A DNA stretch of 39,525 nucleotides, from positions 100,337 through 139,861 of the forward strand of contig NZ_JAHXBG010000030.1 in the NCBI RefSeq assembly GCF_020103725.1, read 5' to 3'. Shown here piece after piece: positions 18,369 to 28,624 of this stretch. Origin of the DNA: Hyalangium gracile (GTDB taxonomy: Bacteria > Myxococcota > Myxococcia > Myxococcales > Myxococcaceae). Both the position numbers and the translations under genes were made by a program. Below the pieces are notes generated by a model. That model was given only the letters and a program-made list of their open reading frames with translations, made no database searches and was not told where the DNA came from. The first letter of the stretch is position 1. The number at the start of each line of letters is the position of its first letter.

Positions 18369-18965
18369 GTGAGGAAGTTCCTGCTGGTCGCCGCGCTTGC
18401 GCTGTCCACCTCTGCCCTGGCGGGTCCGCCGCCCGAGGGCGTGGAGTTCAAGCCTCGTCGCGGCTTCTTCACCGAGACGGACATCGGGATGTTCTTCACG
18501 CTCGGCGGGGAGAACACGTACTCGAACGCGCAGTCGTACCTGCAGCTCGGCGTGGGGTATGACCTGACGGAGACGATCTCGCTCGGGCTGCACTTCGGGC
18601 TGGGCTCGTCCGCGGCGAACTGCTTCGCGGGCTACCTGCCGGACTCGGACATCTGCGCCCTGTCGGACAACTTCACGGTGGCCTTCGGCGACATGACGGC
18701 CGCGTACCACGTGCGGATGACCGACCGGCTCTACCTGACGCCGAAGATCGCGGCGGGGTACACGCGGCTGGATCCGGCGCCGGTGGACGTGGACGGGGAT
18801 CCGGGCCGCTCCATCAACGCGCTGAACGCGGGCGTGGGCATCGGCATCGAGTACGGGACGATGATGGACCACTTCTCGGTGGGCGCGGACTTCCTGGCCC
18901 GCTACATCATCGGTCCGAACATCCCCACGTTCGCGCTGTTCCCTCGCGTGAAGTACACGTTCTGA
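18369..18965 (+). CDS. nfsH: Outer-membrane beta-barrel protein (NfsH/GltH-like)
   Basis: A GTG start at 18369 preceded by a GGGAGG RBS gives the signal peptide MRKFLLVAALALSTSALAGPPPEG. The protein is a beta-strand-rich ~198-aa product ending ...PRVKYTF (C-terminal Phe). The alternative in-frame ATG is 18336. It is the eighth gene of the cluster. Confidence 0.65.
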   Translation: MRKFLLVAALALSTSALAGPPPEGVEFKPRRGFFTETDIGMFFTLGGENTYSNAQSYLQLGVGYDLTETISLGLHFGLGSSAANCFAGYLPDSDICALSDNFTVAFGDMTAAYHVRMTDRLYLTPKIAAGYTRLDPAPVDVDGDPGRSINALNAGVGIGIEYGTMMDHFSVGADFLARYIIGPNIPTFALFPRVKYTF

Positions 18966-19134
18966 GGCCTGGGCGCCGGGTCGAACCGGCACCGTCCGAG
19001 CCTGGAGACGCCGACCGTCCGAGCCGCGAGACGGTCAGCACCTCCCGCAGTACGTAACAGGCTGATTTCACGGCGGCCGTGCGCTGGCGTCGGGCCTGCA
19101 ATGGGTCCCCGGGTCTCACTCACCCGGAGAATCC

Positions 19135-20187
19135 ATGCAACCGATTCGTGATGTCTCGCAGCGCAACGCCTGCCTCGCCGATGACCCGGAGGGAGCGGCG
19201 TCGCGGACCACCACCGCGTATGTCGTCCAGAAGGGCGACACGCTCTCGAAGATCGCCGCGGGTCTTCAGCGGCAGGGCCTGGTGGGAAGCACCGCGGAGC
19301 TCGTCCGCCGGATCCTCACCCTCAATCCCCAGATCAAGGATCCGAACCGGATCGAGAAGGGCGACACGCTGCAGTTGCCCGCGGTCCCCGCGCAGGCGCC
19401 TCAGCGGCAGGCGGAGTCGAAGCACAACCGCCTCGAGGGCTACTTCGTCCGCTTCCCGATGACGCCGGCCTACCTGCCGCCGCTCCTGGCGGAGAAGAGC
19501 GGGCCGAGCTTCTCGGCGGGCCTGGCGGCGATGACGGGCAAGGCGCCGGCCCCGGCTCCAGCGGCTTCCTTCCTGCGCACCGACGGCAAGCCGTTCCCGA
19601 CCTCCCAGGATGGGACCCCGCGGTACAAGCAGCGCGACATGGATGCGGGCGGCAATTGGGGGGACCGGTACCTGGGAGACAAGGCTGCGGAACCCAAGCG
19701 CATCGCGGACAAGGGCTGCGCGTTGACGTCCGTGGCGATGGCTCTCAGCAAGCTCTCGGGAGAGACGATCACCCCGGGAGTGCTGGATGCCTTCCTCGAC
19801 ACGCATGACGGCTACGTTGGCAACAGCCTCAAGTGGGCGACGGCGGGGCAGGCGACGCAGTCGCCCATCTCGGTGACGAAGACGACCACCTGGAACCTGG
19901 ACGCCATCGACAAGGAGCTGGATGCGGGGCGTCCCGTGGTGCTGGCGGTGGACTACAAGGTGGGCAGCAGCGGTGGCAATGTCGGCACGGACCACTGGGT
20001 GTGCCTCACGCGCCGGGGCACGGACGGGGTCTACTTCGCCAACGATCCGGCCACGGGCGCGGAGATCCGGTTCCAGAAGCAGTCCGATGGGCAGTTGCAG
20101 CAGATCAATGAGAGCGGAGGCTCCCCGCCGAAGCCGTACCGCAGCTCGGGCGAGTTCGCCACCTTCAGCAAGGCGGTGCAGTCATGA
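19135..20187 (+). CDS. LysM domain protein with a C-terminal papain-like (C39-like/BtrH-type) cysteine peptidase domain; putative cell-wall hydrolase
   Basis: The LysM motif is YVVQKGDTLSKIAAGL...NPQIKDPNRIEKGDTLQLP. The C-terminal domain carries Cys (DKGCALTSVAMAL) and a downstream His (GTDHWVCL) in the arrangement of C39-like peptidases. A GGAG RBS lies 6 nt upstream. Confidence 0.65.
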   Translation: MQPIRDVSQRNACLADDPEGAASRTTTAYVVQKGDTLSKIAAGLQRQGLVGSTAELVRRILTLNPQIKDPNRIEKGDTLQLPAVPAQAPQRQAESKHNRLEGYFVRFPMTPAYLPPLLAEKSGPSFSAGLAAMTGKAPAPAPAASFLRTDGKPFPTSQDGTPRYKQRDMDAGGNWGDRYLGDKAAEPKRIADKGCALTSVAMALSKLSGETITPGVLDAFLDTHDGYVGNSLKWATAGQATQSPISVTKTTTWNLDAIDKELDAGRPVVLAVDYKVGSSGGNVGTDHWVCLTRRGTDGVYFANDPATGAEIRFQKQSDGQLQQINESGGSPPKPYRSSGEFATFSKAVQS

Positions 20188-20356
20188 GGGAGCTGGTGAG
20201 CCTTGCCCGCTTCCTCCTCGTTCTCGCGGCGATCCTGGCGACGGAGGCGCTGGCGGCTCCATCCTTCACATCCGTTTCGGCGTGCGTCCACCCAGGTGCC
20301 AGGCAGTGAAGGAACTGTCGGGAGAGGTCGGATGGACCGGCCTGCTCCAAGCACCT

Positions 20357-21667
20357 ATGAGGGTTGTCATGCACCGAATGCTGGGGATGAGCACGAGCCT
20401 GATCGCGGTCCTGCTGACCGCGTGTGGAGAGGCGGTGGAGCCCCCTGCGCCGCCTCCCGCTCCTCCCACGTACCACCGGGACATCGCGCCGCTGGTCCAG
20501 GAGAAGTGCGGGAGCTGCCACTCCGAGGGAGGGATCGCGCCGTTCGCGCTCGGGACATACGAGGAGGTCTTCGCGCTGCGCGGAGCCATCAAGGGGGCCG
20601 TGAAGGCACGCATGATGCCGCCGTGGATGCCGGGCAAGGACTGCACGGAGTACCTGCAGGATCGCTCGCTCTCGGACGAGCAGATCGCGCTGATCTCGCG
20701 CTGGGTGGATGAGGGTGGAGCGGAGGGAGACCCCGCGGAGGCCCCTGCTGGAGTGTCAGTGCAATCGGGAGGGCTCTCCCGCGCGGATCTGACGCTGGCG
20801 ATGCCCACGGAGTACTCACCAACGCAGACGCCGGATGAGTACCGCTGCTTCATCCTCGACTGGCCGGAGACGGCGGTGCGCTACGTCAGCGGGTTTCGCG
20901 GCAACCCGGGGCAGCCCTCGATCGTTCACCACGTGATCGCGTTCCTGGCGAAGCCCGACGAGGTGGCCGCCTTCCAGGCGTTGGACGCGGCGGACCCGAA
21001 CCCGGGGTACAGCTGCTACGGAGGCCCAGGCCGGCCGGGAAACACGGTGTCGTGGCTCGGCAGCTGGGTGCCGGGCAGCGGCGGCGCGGACTACCCCGCC
21101 GGCACCGGCATTCGAGTGGATCCCGGCTCCAAGATCGTCCTGCAGGTCCACTACAACCTGAGTGGGGCGAACGCGGCGGCCGATCGGACCTCGGTCTCGG
21201 TGCGGCTGGAGTCCTCGGTGCAGAAGGTGGCCATCATGCAGCCCTGGGCCAACCCGAACTGGATCGAGGGGGACAACATGCCCATCCCCGCGGGGCGGGC
21301 GGATGTGCGGCACCGCTTCTCGTTCGATCTGGTGCCTGTGCTCTCGCAGCTGACGCGAGGGGTGTTTCGCAGCAACGAGCCCATCACCGTGTACGCGTCC
21401 GCGTTGCACATGCACACGCTGGGGACGTGGGGCCGGATGGAGATCGAGCGAAGGACCGGGGGCAACGATTGCATGCTCCACATCCCGCGCTGGGACTTCC
21501 ACTGGCAGGGCAGCTACCAGTTCACCCAGCCCAAGGTGGTGAAGGCGGGGGACCGCATCGCCATCGAGTGCCACTGGGACAACAGCCTGCCCATTGCGCA
21601 GGATGTACGGTGGGGTGAGGGAACCAACGATGAAATGTGCCTGGGAACCTTCTACATGACCCAATAG
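20357..21667 (+). CDS. Lipoprotein with an N-terminal CxxCH heme-c (planctomycete-cytochrome-like) domain fused to a copper type II ascorbate-dependent monooxygenase-like (PHM/DBH-fold) domain
   Basis: The lipobox is in MSTSLIAVLLTACGE, and the heme motif is APLVQEKCGSCHSEGGIAPFAL. Downstream His/Met ligands have PHM-like spacing: HH (SIVHHVIAF), H (VLQVHYN), HxH (SALHMHTLG) and M (TNDEMCLGTFYM). The track ORF from 19922 overlaps the LysM gene, so the internal start with a lipoprotein signal was chosen. Confidence 0.65.
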   Translation: MRVVMHRMLGMSTSLIAVLLTACGEAVEPPAPPPAPPTYHRDIAPLVQEKCGSCHSEGGIAPFALGTYEEVFALRGAIKGAVKARMMPPWMPGKDCTEYLQDRSLSDEQIALISRWVDEGGAEGDPAEAPAGVSVQSGGLSRADLTLAMPTEYSPTQTPDEYRCFILDWPETAVRYVSGFRGNPGQPSIVHHVIAFLAKPDEVAAFQALDAADPNPGYSCYGGPGRPGNTVSWLGSWVPGSGGADYPAGTGIRVDPGSKIVLQVHYNLSGANAAADRTSVSVRLESSVQKVAIMQPWANPNWIEGDNMPIPAGRADVRHRFSFDLVPVLSQLTRGVFRSNEPITVYASALHMHTLGTWGRMEIERRTGGNDCMLHIPRWDFHWQGSYQFTQPKVVKAGDRIAIECHWDNSLPIAQDVRWGEGTNDEMCLGTFYMTQ

Positions 21668-21791
21668 TCGTAGAGATAGGTCATTGGATTGGACTTCTAG
21701 CCTTATTTCCTGGGGGATAAGGCTAGAGGGCTTGAAATCTACCAGTGTCATCGCCATGATGCGTCGCGTCGGCTCTTGAGCTGGAGGCGCA

Positions 21792-23174
21792 ATGAAGAAG
21801 TGGTTGGCGATGGCTGTCCTGGCAGGCGTGGGAGTGTTGGGCCTGGTCGTGGAGCCGGCGGCCCAGGTGAAGCAGGGTGGCCCCATCAACGCCGCGGACA
21901 CGGCGTGGATCCTCACCGCGACGGCGCTGGTGCTGCTGATGACGCCGGGCCTGTCGTTCTTCTACGGCGGCATGGTGCGGCTGAAGAACGTGCTGTCCAC
22001 GCTGATGCAGAGCTTCATGGCCATGGCGGTCATCAGCCTGCTCTGGGTGGTGGTGGGCTTCAGCCTCTGCTTCGGAGACAGCTTCCACGGGCTCATCGGA
22101 GATCCGCGAACCTTCTTCATGTTCAGCGGCGTTGGGGGCGAGACGCATCCGGATCTGGCGCCCACCATCCCGCTGCTGCTCTTCGCGCTGTTCCAGCTGA
22201 AGTTCGCCATCATCACACCCGCGCTGATCACGGGCGCGTTCGCCGAGCGCGTGCGCTTCAAGGCCTACGTGCTGTTCATGGTGCTCTTCAGCCTGGTCAT
22301 CTACGCGCCGCTTGCCCACTGGACGTGGCACCCGGAGGGGTTCCTGCGCAAGTGGGGCGTGCTCGACTTCGCGGGCGGCACGGTGGTGCACATGTCCGCG
22401 GGCTTCGCGGCGCTGGCGGGTGCGCTGGTGCTCGGGCGCCGGCAGGTGCACCTGGAGAACGCCTCGCATACGCCCGCCAACCTGCCGTTCGTGCTGCTCG
22501 GGACGGGCATGCTGTGGTTCGGGTGGTTCGGCTTCAACGCGGGCTCGGCGCTGTCGGCCTCGTCGCTGGCGACGCTGGCGTTCGCGACCACCAACACGGC
22601 CTCCGCCGCCGCCATGCTGGGGTGGCTCGCCTTTGACTGGCTGCGCGGCCGCAAGCCGAGCGCCATGGGGGCCTGCGTGGGCGCGGTGGTGGGCCTGGTG
22701 GCGGTGACTCCGGCGGCCGGCTTCATCACGGTGGGCCAGAGCATCATGGTGGGTCTGGTGGCGAGCCTGGTCAGCAACGCCGCCGCGCACTTCAAGAGCC
22801 GCACCGCGGTGGACGACACGCTGGACGTGTTCCCCTGCCACGGGCTGGGCGGTGTGGTGGGCATGGTGCTCACGGGCGTGCTGGCCAAGGATGTGGGGCT
22901 GATCCACGGCGAGACGCGCACCTTCCTCATGCACCTGCTGGGGCTGGTGATCGTCTCCGTGTTCTCCTTCGTCGGCTCGTACCTGCTCTACAAGCTGGTG
23001 GACCGCATCGTCCCGCTGCGCGTGACGAAGGAGCACGAGGAACTGGGGCTCGACCTGAGCCAGCACGGCGAGACGGTGGGGGAGACGGCCGTCGCGCCCG
23101 CGGCGAAGGAGGCTCCGCGCGCCGAATCCGCTTCCAGCACCGGCTCCCAGTCGTCGGTCCCGCTCCCGGCGTAA
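21792..23174 (+). CDS. amtB: Ammonium transporter (Amt family)
   Basis: A signal peptide is followed by the canonical DTAWILTATALVLLMTPGLSFFYGGMVR and by FAGGTVVHMSAGFAALAGALVLGRR; 11 predicted TM segments are present. No glnK follows. Confidence 0.9.
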   Translation: MKKWLAMAVLAGVGVLGLVVEPAAQVKQGGPINAADTAWILTATALVLLMTPGLSFFYGGMVRLKNVLSTLMQSFMAMAVISLLWVVVGFSLCFGDSFHGLIGDPRTFFMFSGVGGETHPDLAPTIPLLLFALFQLKFAIITPALITGAFAERVRFKAYVLFMVLFSLVIYAPLAHWTWHPEGFLRKWGVLDFAGGTVVHMSAGFAALAGALVLGRRQVHLENASHTPANLPFVLLGTGMLWFGWFGFNAGSALSASSLATLAFATTNTASAAAMLGWLAFDWLRGRKPSAMGACVGAVVGLVAVTPAAGFITVGQSIMVGLVASLVSNAAAHFKSRTAVDDTLDVFPCHGLGGVVGMVLTGVLAKDVGLIHGETRTFLMHLLGLVIVSVFSFVGSYLLYKLVDRIVPLRVTKEHEELGLDLSQHGETVGETAVAPAAKEAPRAESASSTGSQSSVPLPA

Positions 23175-23186
23175 GCGGAGCGGTGG

Positions 23187-23219
23187 CGAGGCGGCAGGCG
23201 TCAGCGACGCTCTGCCGCG
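23187..23219 (+). terminator. Stem-loop after the amtB stop (nested palindrome ggcaggcgtc-agc-gacgct-ctgcc)
   Basis: An inverted repeat lies immediately 3' of amtB. No T-run follows (common in high-GC genomes), so the call is tentative. Confidence 0.3.
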
Positions 23220-23324
23220 CAGGATGTCAGAGGTAGGGTCCATTCTCGCTGCATGAGCGAGTGGACGGGCGGGCAGTGGGAGGCGGGGCTTGCGACTACC
23301 GAGTGGACACAGCATCCTGGGCGC

Positions 23325-23888
23325 ATGAGCGACCAGCCTCCTCGGAGTGGAGCGGCATACGAGGATCTGGAGAAGCTTCCACCCAACGTCATAGGTGAGT
23401 TGGTGGGTGGCGAGCTGTACGTCAGCCCGAGGCCTGCCTCACGGCACGCCTTGGCCACGACAGTCCTGGCAGACGAGCTGGTCGGGCCGTTCGGGCGAGG
23501 CAAAGGAGGCCCGGGAGGCTGGCTGCTCCTGTTCGAGCCCGAGCTGCACCTGGGGCAGGACGTGCTGGTTCCGGATCTGGCGGGGTGGCGCCGTGAGCGG
23601 ATGCCCGAGATGCCGGACACCGTGGGCTTTACGCTTCCGCCCGACTGGGCCTGCGAGGTGCTCTCTCCCTCCACGACGGTGCTGGACCGGGGACGGAAGA
23701 TGGGCGTCTACGCTCGCGAGGGCGTGAAGCACCTGTGGCTGGTGGACCCCGCGGCTCGGATGCTGGAGGTCTACCGGCTTGAGGGCGGGCGGTGGCTGCT
23801 GTTGGGCACGCACGTAGGGCAGGTGGAGGTACGTGCCGAGCCCTTCGAGGCACTCGCGTTGGAGCTGGGCGCTCTCTGGGCTCGCTGA
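23325..23888 (+). CDS. Uma2-family (DUF820) putative restriction-endonuclease-like protein
   Basis: MSDQPPRSGAAYEDLEKLPPNVIGELVGGELYVSP...VPDLAGWRRERMP...PDWACEVLSPST shows a PD-(D/E)xK-like arrangement typical of Uma2. An alternative upstream start is 23253. Confidence 0.7.
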   Translation: MSDQPPRSGAAYEDLEKLPPNVIGELVGGELYVSPRPASRHALATTVLADELVGPFGRGKGGPGGWLLLFEPELHLGQDVLVPDLAGWRRERMPEMPDTVGFTLPPDWACEVLSPSTTVLDRGRKMGVYAREGVKHLWLVDPAARMLEVYRLEGGRWLLLGTHVGQVEVRAEPFEALALELGALWAR

Positions 23889-23997
23889 GCTCCAGAGCAC
23901 CCTCCGGGTTCTCCACCGAAACGTCTCCGGGGGCTCAACGTGGCAGAAGCACCACGCGAGCCCCTGAAGCGACGAATTCGGGGCCGCGCTCGTCCCG

Positions 23998-25839
23998 CTA
24001 CGCCTCTTCGCGCTCCTCGCGCTTGCGGTCACGCTCGGCGCGGTAGCGCTCGCCCACCGCGAGCGCCTTCTTGCGCAGGCGCACCGACTTGGGCGTCACC
24101 TCCACCAACTCGTCGTCGGCGATCCACTCCAGCGCCTTCTCCAGCCCCATCTCTCGCGGCGGGGTGAGGATGACGTTCTCGTCGCGGCCCGCGGCGCGGA
24201 TGTTCGTCAGCTTCTTCTCGCGGCAGCAGTTGACGTTCAGCTCGGAGGGGTGGGCGTGCTCGCCGATGATCATCCCCTCGTACACCGTCACGCCCGCGCC
24301 CACGAACAGCGCGCCGCGCTCCTGGATGCTGAACAGCGCGTAGGGCACCGTCTCGCCCAGGCGGTCGGACACCATCGCCCCGTTGCTGCGCTTGGGGATG
24401 TAGCCGAACCACGGCTCGTAGCCGTCGAACTGGCTGCTCATGATGCCCTCACCACGGGTAATGGTGAGGAACTCCGAGCGGAAGCCGATCAGCCCGCGCG
24501 CCGGAATGCGGAACTGGAGCCGCGTGCGGCCCGAGCCCAGCTGCACCATGTCCGCCATGCGGCCCTTGCGAGGCCCCAGCCGCTCGGTGACGGTGCCCAC
24601 GCTGTTCTCGGGCACGTCGCACACCAGCAGCTCCATCGGCTCGTGCACCTGGCCGTCGATCGTCTTCGTGATCGGCTCCGGGTTGGAGGCCGTCAGCTCG
24701 TAGCCCTCGCGGCGCATCGTCTCGATGATGACGGCCAGCTGGAGTTCTCCACGGCCCACCACCCGGAAGGCATCCGGCGTCGCCGTGTCCTCCACGCGGA
24801 TGGCCACGTTGCGGTAGGACTCGCGGTACAGGCGCTCGCGCAGCTGGCGCGAGGTGACGTACTTGCCCTCCTTGCCCGCCAGCGGCCCGTCGTTCACCCG
24901 GAAGATCATCATCATCGTGGGCTCTTCCACGGTGATGCGCGGCAGGGCCACCGGCTTCTCCGGATCGGAGATGGTGTCTCCGATGGAGATGTCCTCGATG
25001 CCCGCGATGGAGACGATCTCTCCCGGGCCCGCGTCGGCGATCTCGGTGCGCTTCAGGCCCTGGAAGCCGTACAGCTTGACGATCTTCCCCTTCTCGATCT
25101 TGCCGCCCTCACGTACCACCGCCACCGGCATGTTCGGGGTGAGCTTGCCCGACAGGATGCGGCCCACCGCGAGGCGGCCCACGTAGTCGTCGTAGTCCAG
25201 GTTGGCCACCAGCAGCTGGGGCACGGTCTGGTCACTCTGGGGCGGGGGAGGGATGTGGTCCAGGATGGCCGAGAAGAGCGGCTCCAGCGTCTTGCCGGGC
25301 ACCTCGAGCTGCGTCGACGCCTGGCCCTGACGCGCGATGGTGTAGAGCACCGGCATCTCGAGCTGCTTATCGTCCGCGCCCAGGTCGATGTAGAGCGAGT
25401 ACACCTGATCCAGCACTTCCTTGGCGCGGGCGTCCTGGCGGTCGATCTTGTTGATGACCAGCACCGTCTTCAGGCCCATGCCCAGCGCCTTGCTGAGCAC
25501 GAAGCGTGTCTGGGGCAGGGGGCCCTCGGCGGCGTCCACCAGCAGGATGACGCCATCCACCAGGCGCAGGCCGCGCTCCACCTCGCCGCCGAAGTCCGCG
25601 TGGCCCGGCGTGTCGATGATGTTGATCTGCTTGCCCTTGTAGGTGACGGCCGTGTTCTTCGCGAGGATGGTGATGCCCTTCTCGCGCTCGAGGTCGTTCG
25701 AGTCCATCACGCGTTCAACGACGGCCTCGTTGGTGCGGAAGATGCCCGCCTGGCGGAGCATGTGGTCGACGAGGGTGGTCTTGCCATGGTCAACGTGGGC
25801 GACGATGGCGACGTTACGGATGTTTTCGCGAGCGATCAT
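23998..25839 (-). CDS. typA: Translational GTPase TypA/BipA
   Basis: [25 protein letters not shown] (G1), [14 protein letters not shown] (G3) and NKIDR (G4) place the protein in the EF-G-like family at ~613 aa. The track ORF begins 25 codons upstream at a non-canonical position. Confidence 0.9.
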   Translation of the reverse strand: MIARENIRNVAIVAHVDHGKTTLVDHMLRQAGIFRTNEAVVERVMDSNDLEREKGITILAKNTAVTYKGKQINIIDTPGHADFGGEVERGLRLVDGVILLVDAAEGPLPQTRFVLSKALGMGLKTVLVINKIDRQDARAKEVLDQVYSLYIDLGADDKQLEMPVLYTIARQGQASTQLEVPGKTLEPLFSAILDHIPPPPQSDQTVPQLLVANLDYDDYVGRLAVGRILSGKLTPNMPVAVVREGGKIEKGKIVKLYGFQGLKRTEIADAGPGEIVSIAGIEDISIGDTISDPEKPVALPRITVEEPTMMMIFRVNDGPLAGKEGKYVTSRQLRERLYRESYRNVAIRVEDTATPDAFRVVGRGELQLAVIIETMRREGYELTASNPEPITKTIDGQVHEPMELLVCDVPENSVGTVTERLGPRKGRMADMVQLGSGRTRLQFRIPARGLIGFRSEFLTITRGEGIMSSQFDGYEPWFGYIPKRSNGAMVSDRLGETVPYALFSIQERGALFVGAGVTVYEGMIIGEHAHPSELNVNCCREKKLTNIRAAGRDENVILTPPREMGLEKALEWIADDELVEVTPKSVRLRKKALAVGERYRAERDRKREEREEA

Positions 25840-25999
25840 ACGGACGAAGATTCTGAGCTGAAGGAACAGGGCCTTCCGTGGAACAGGAACTCCCTGAATC
25901 CCACCGGAACGCACGAGGCGGGGGCTTATATGCCGCAGCCCCCCCCGTCCGCAATGAACGCCGGTACTTTGAGGCCCTCGGACCTCACTTTCCTTCGTT

Positions 26000-26926
26000 T
26001 TACCGGGGTGTCACATCCTGCCCGGGGGGCAGACGGGGGCTCGAGGGCACGTGGATGCCCAGCCGGTCGCGCAGGAAGCGCTCGATCCGCAGCTCCACCA
26101 GCTCGCGGTACTCCAGCGGGGTGGTGTGGGTGCCCAGGGGGACGAGCATCAGCTCGGAGCCGGGGATGTGCTCGGCCATCTTCCGGGACAGCCAGGCCGG
26201 GGTGAACTTGTCCCGCTCGCCGGCGATGATGAGCGTGGGCACGTCCACGTGGGGCAGGTGATCCCACGCGGTGTGGTTGGCCATCGAGTCCAGCGTCCGG
26301 ACGAAGACCACGGGGTCCATCTTGGCCAGGTGCTCGAAGTAGGGGGCGAAGTCCTCACGGGAGAGCAGATCCCGGTTCACCTCGACCGTGAGGGCCACCT
26401 GCATGGCCAGCTCCGTCCGCAGCAGCGAGTGGATGAGGCGCCCGGCCCGCTCGGGGTAGCGCTCCACCAGGTGGCGGATGATGGGGAAGACGCGCTTGAG
26501 GTAGGTGGAGTCGTGGAAGGTGTCCAGCGGGTTGCCGTAGCTGCCGCAGATGAGCACCAGCCCCCGGACGCGGTGGGCGTAGCGGCGGTGGAACTCCAGC
26601 GCCACCTGCACGCCCATGGAGTGGCCGAAGATGACGCCCTGCTTCACCTCCGCCGCGTCCATCAGGCGGTCCAGGTCCTCGCAGGTGTAGAGCATGCCGA
26701 CGCGGGAGCGATCCCTCGGCAGCCCCGAGCGGCCATGGCCGCGGTAGTGCCAGCGCAGCACGCGGTGGTACTTCGACAGGTAGGGCGTCAGGTACTTCCA
26801 GGCGAAGCCATCGCAGCCCAGCCCGTCGCACAGCACCATGCCGGGCTCGCCGTCGCCGAGGACCTGGAAGTACAGCTCGGCCTCGTCCGGGACACGCAGG
26901 TAGTCCTGCCGGAAGTAGTGGCTCAT
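26000..26926 (-). CDS. Alpha/beta-hydrolase fold protein
   Basis: A GHSMG nucleophile elbow and an HGxGxS-like oxyanion region (YRGHGRSG) are present. The gene lies 4 nt downstream of the sigma-54 regulator gene on the same strand. Confidence 0.75.
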   Translation of the reverse strand: MSHYFRQDYLRVPDEAELYFQVLGDGEPGMVLCDGLGCDGFAWKYLTPYLSKYHRVLRWHYRGHGRSGLPRDRSRVGMLYTCEDLDRLMDAAEVKQGVIFGHSMGVQVALEFHRRYAHRVRGLVLICGSYGNPLDTFHDSTYLKRVFPIIRHLVERYPERAGRLIHSLLRTELAMQVALTVEVNRDLLSREDFAPYFEHLAKMDPVVFVRTLDSMANHTAWDHLPHVDVPTLIIAGERDKFTPAWLSRKMAEHIPGSELMLVPLGTHTTPLEYRELVELRIERFLRDRLGIHVPSSPRLPPGQDVTPR

Positions 26927-26930
26927 GGGC

Positions 26931-28511
<1,581 letters not shown>

Positions 28512-28624
28512 CCCGCTCCTCGTGCCCATGTCCCGGGCCAGGACATCTCGAGGCTGCCGAGTGTCCGAATTTCAGCCGATGCTCATATACTGAGAGCGGC
28601 GCGCTGTCCGCAGGGTTCTCTCCC

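Noticed and set aside
19922-20356. Upstream extension of the heme-c/monooxygenase ORF that overlaps the LysM gene
   Set aside because: The extension is Arg/Ala-rich and out of character. An internal ATG cluster yields a proper lipoprotein signal peptide (…LLTAC), so the start was moved to 20357.
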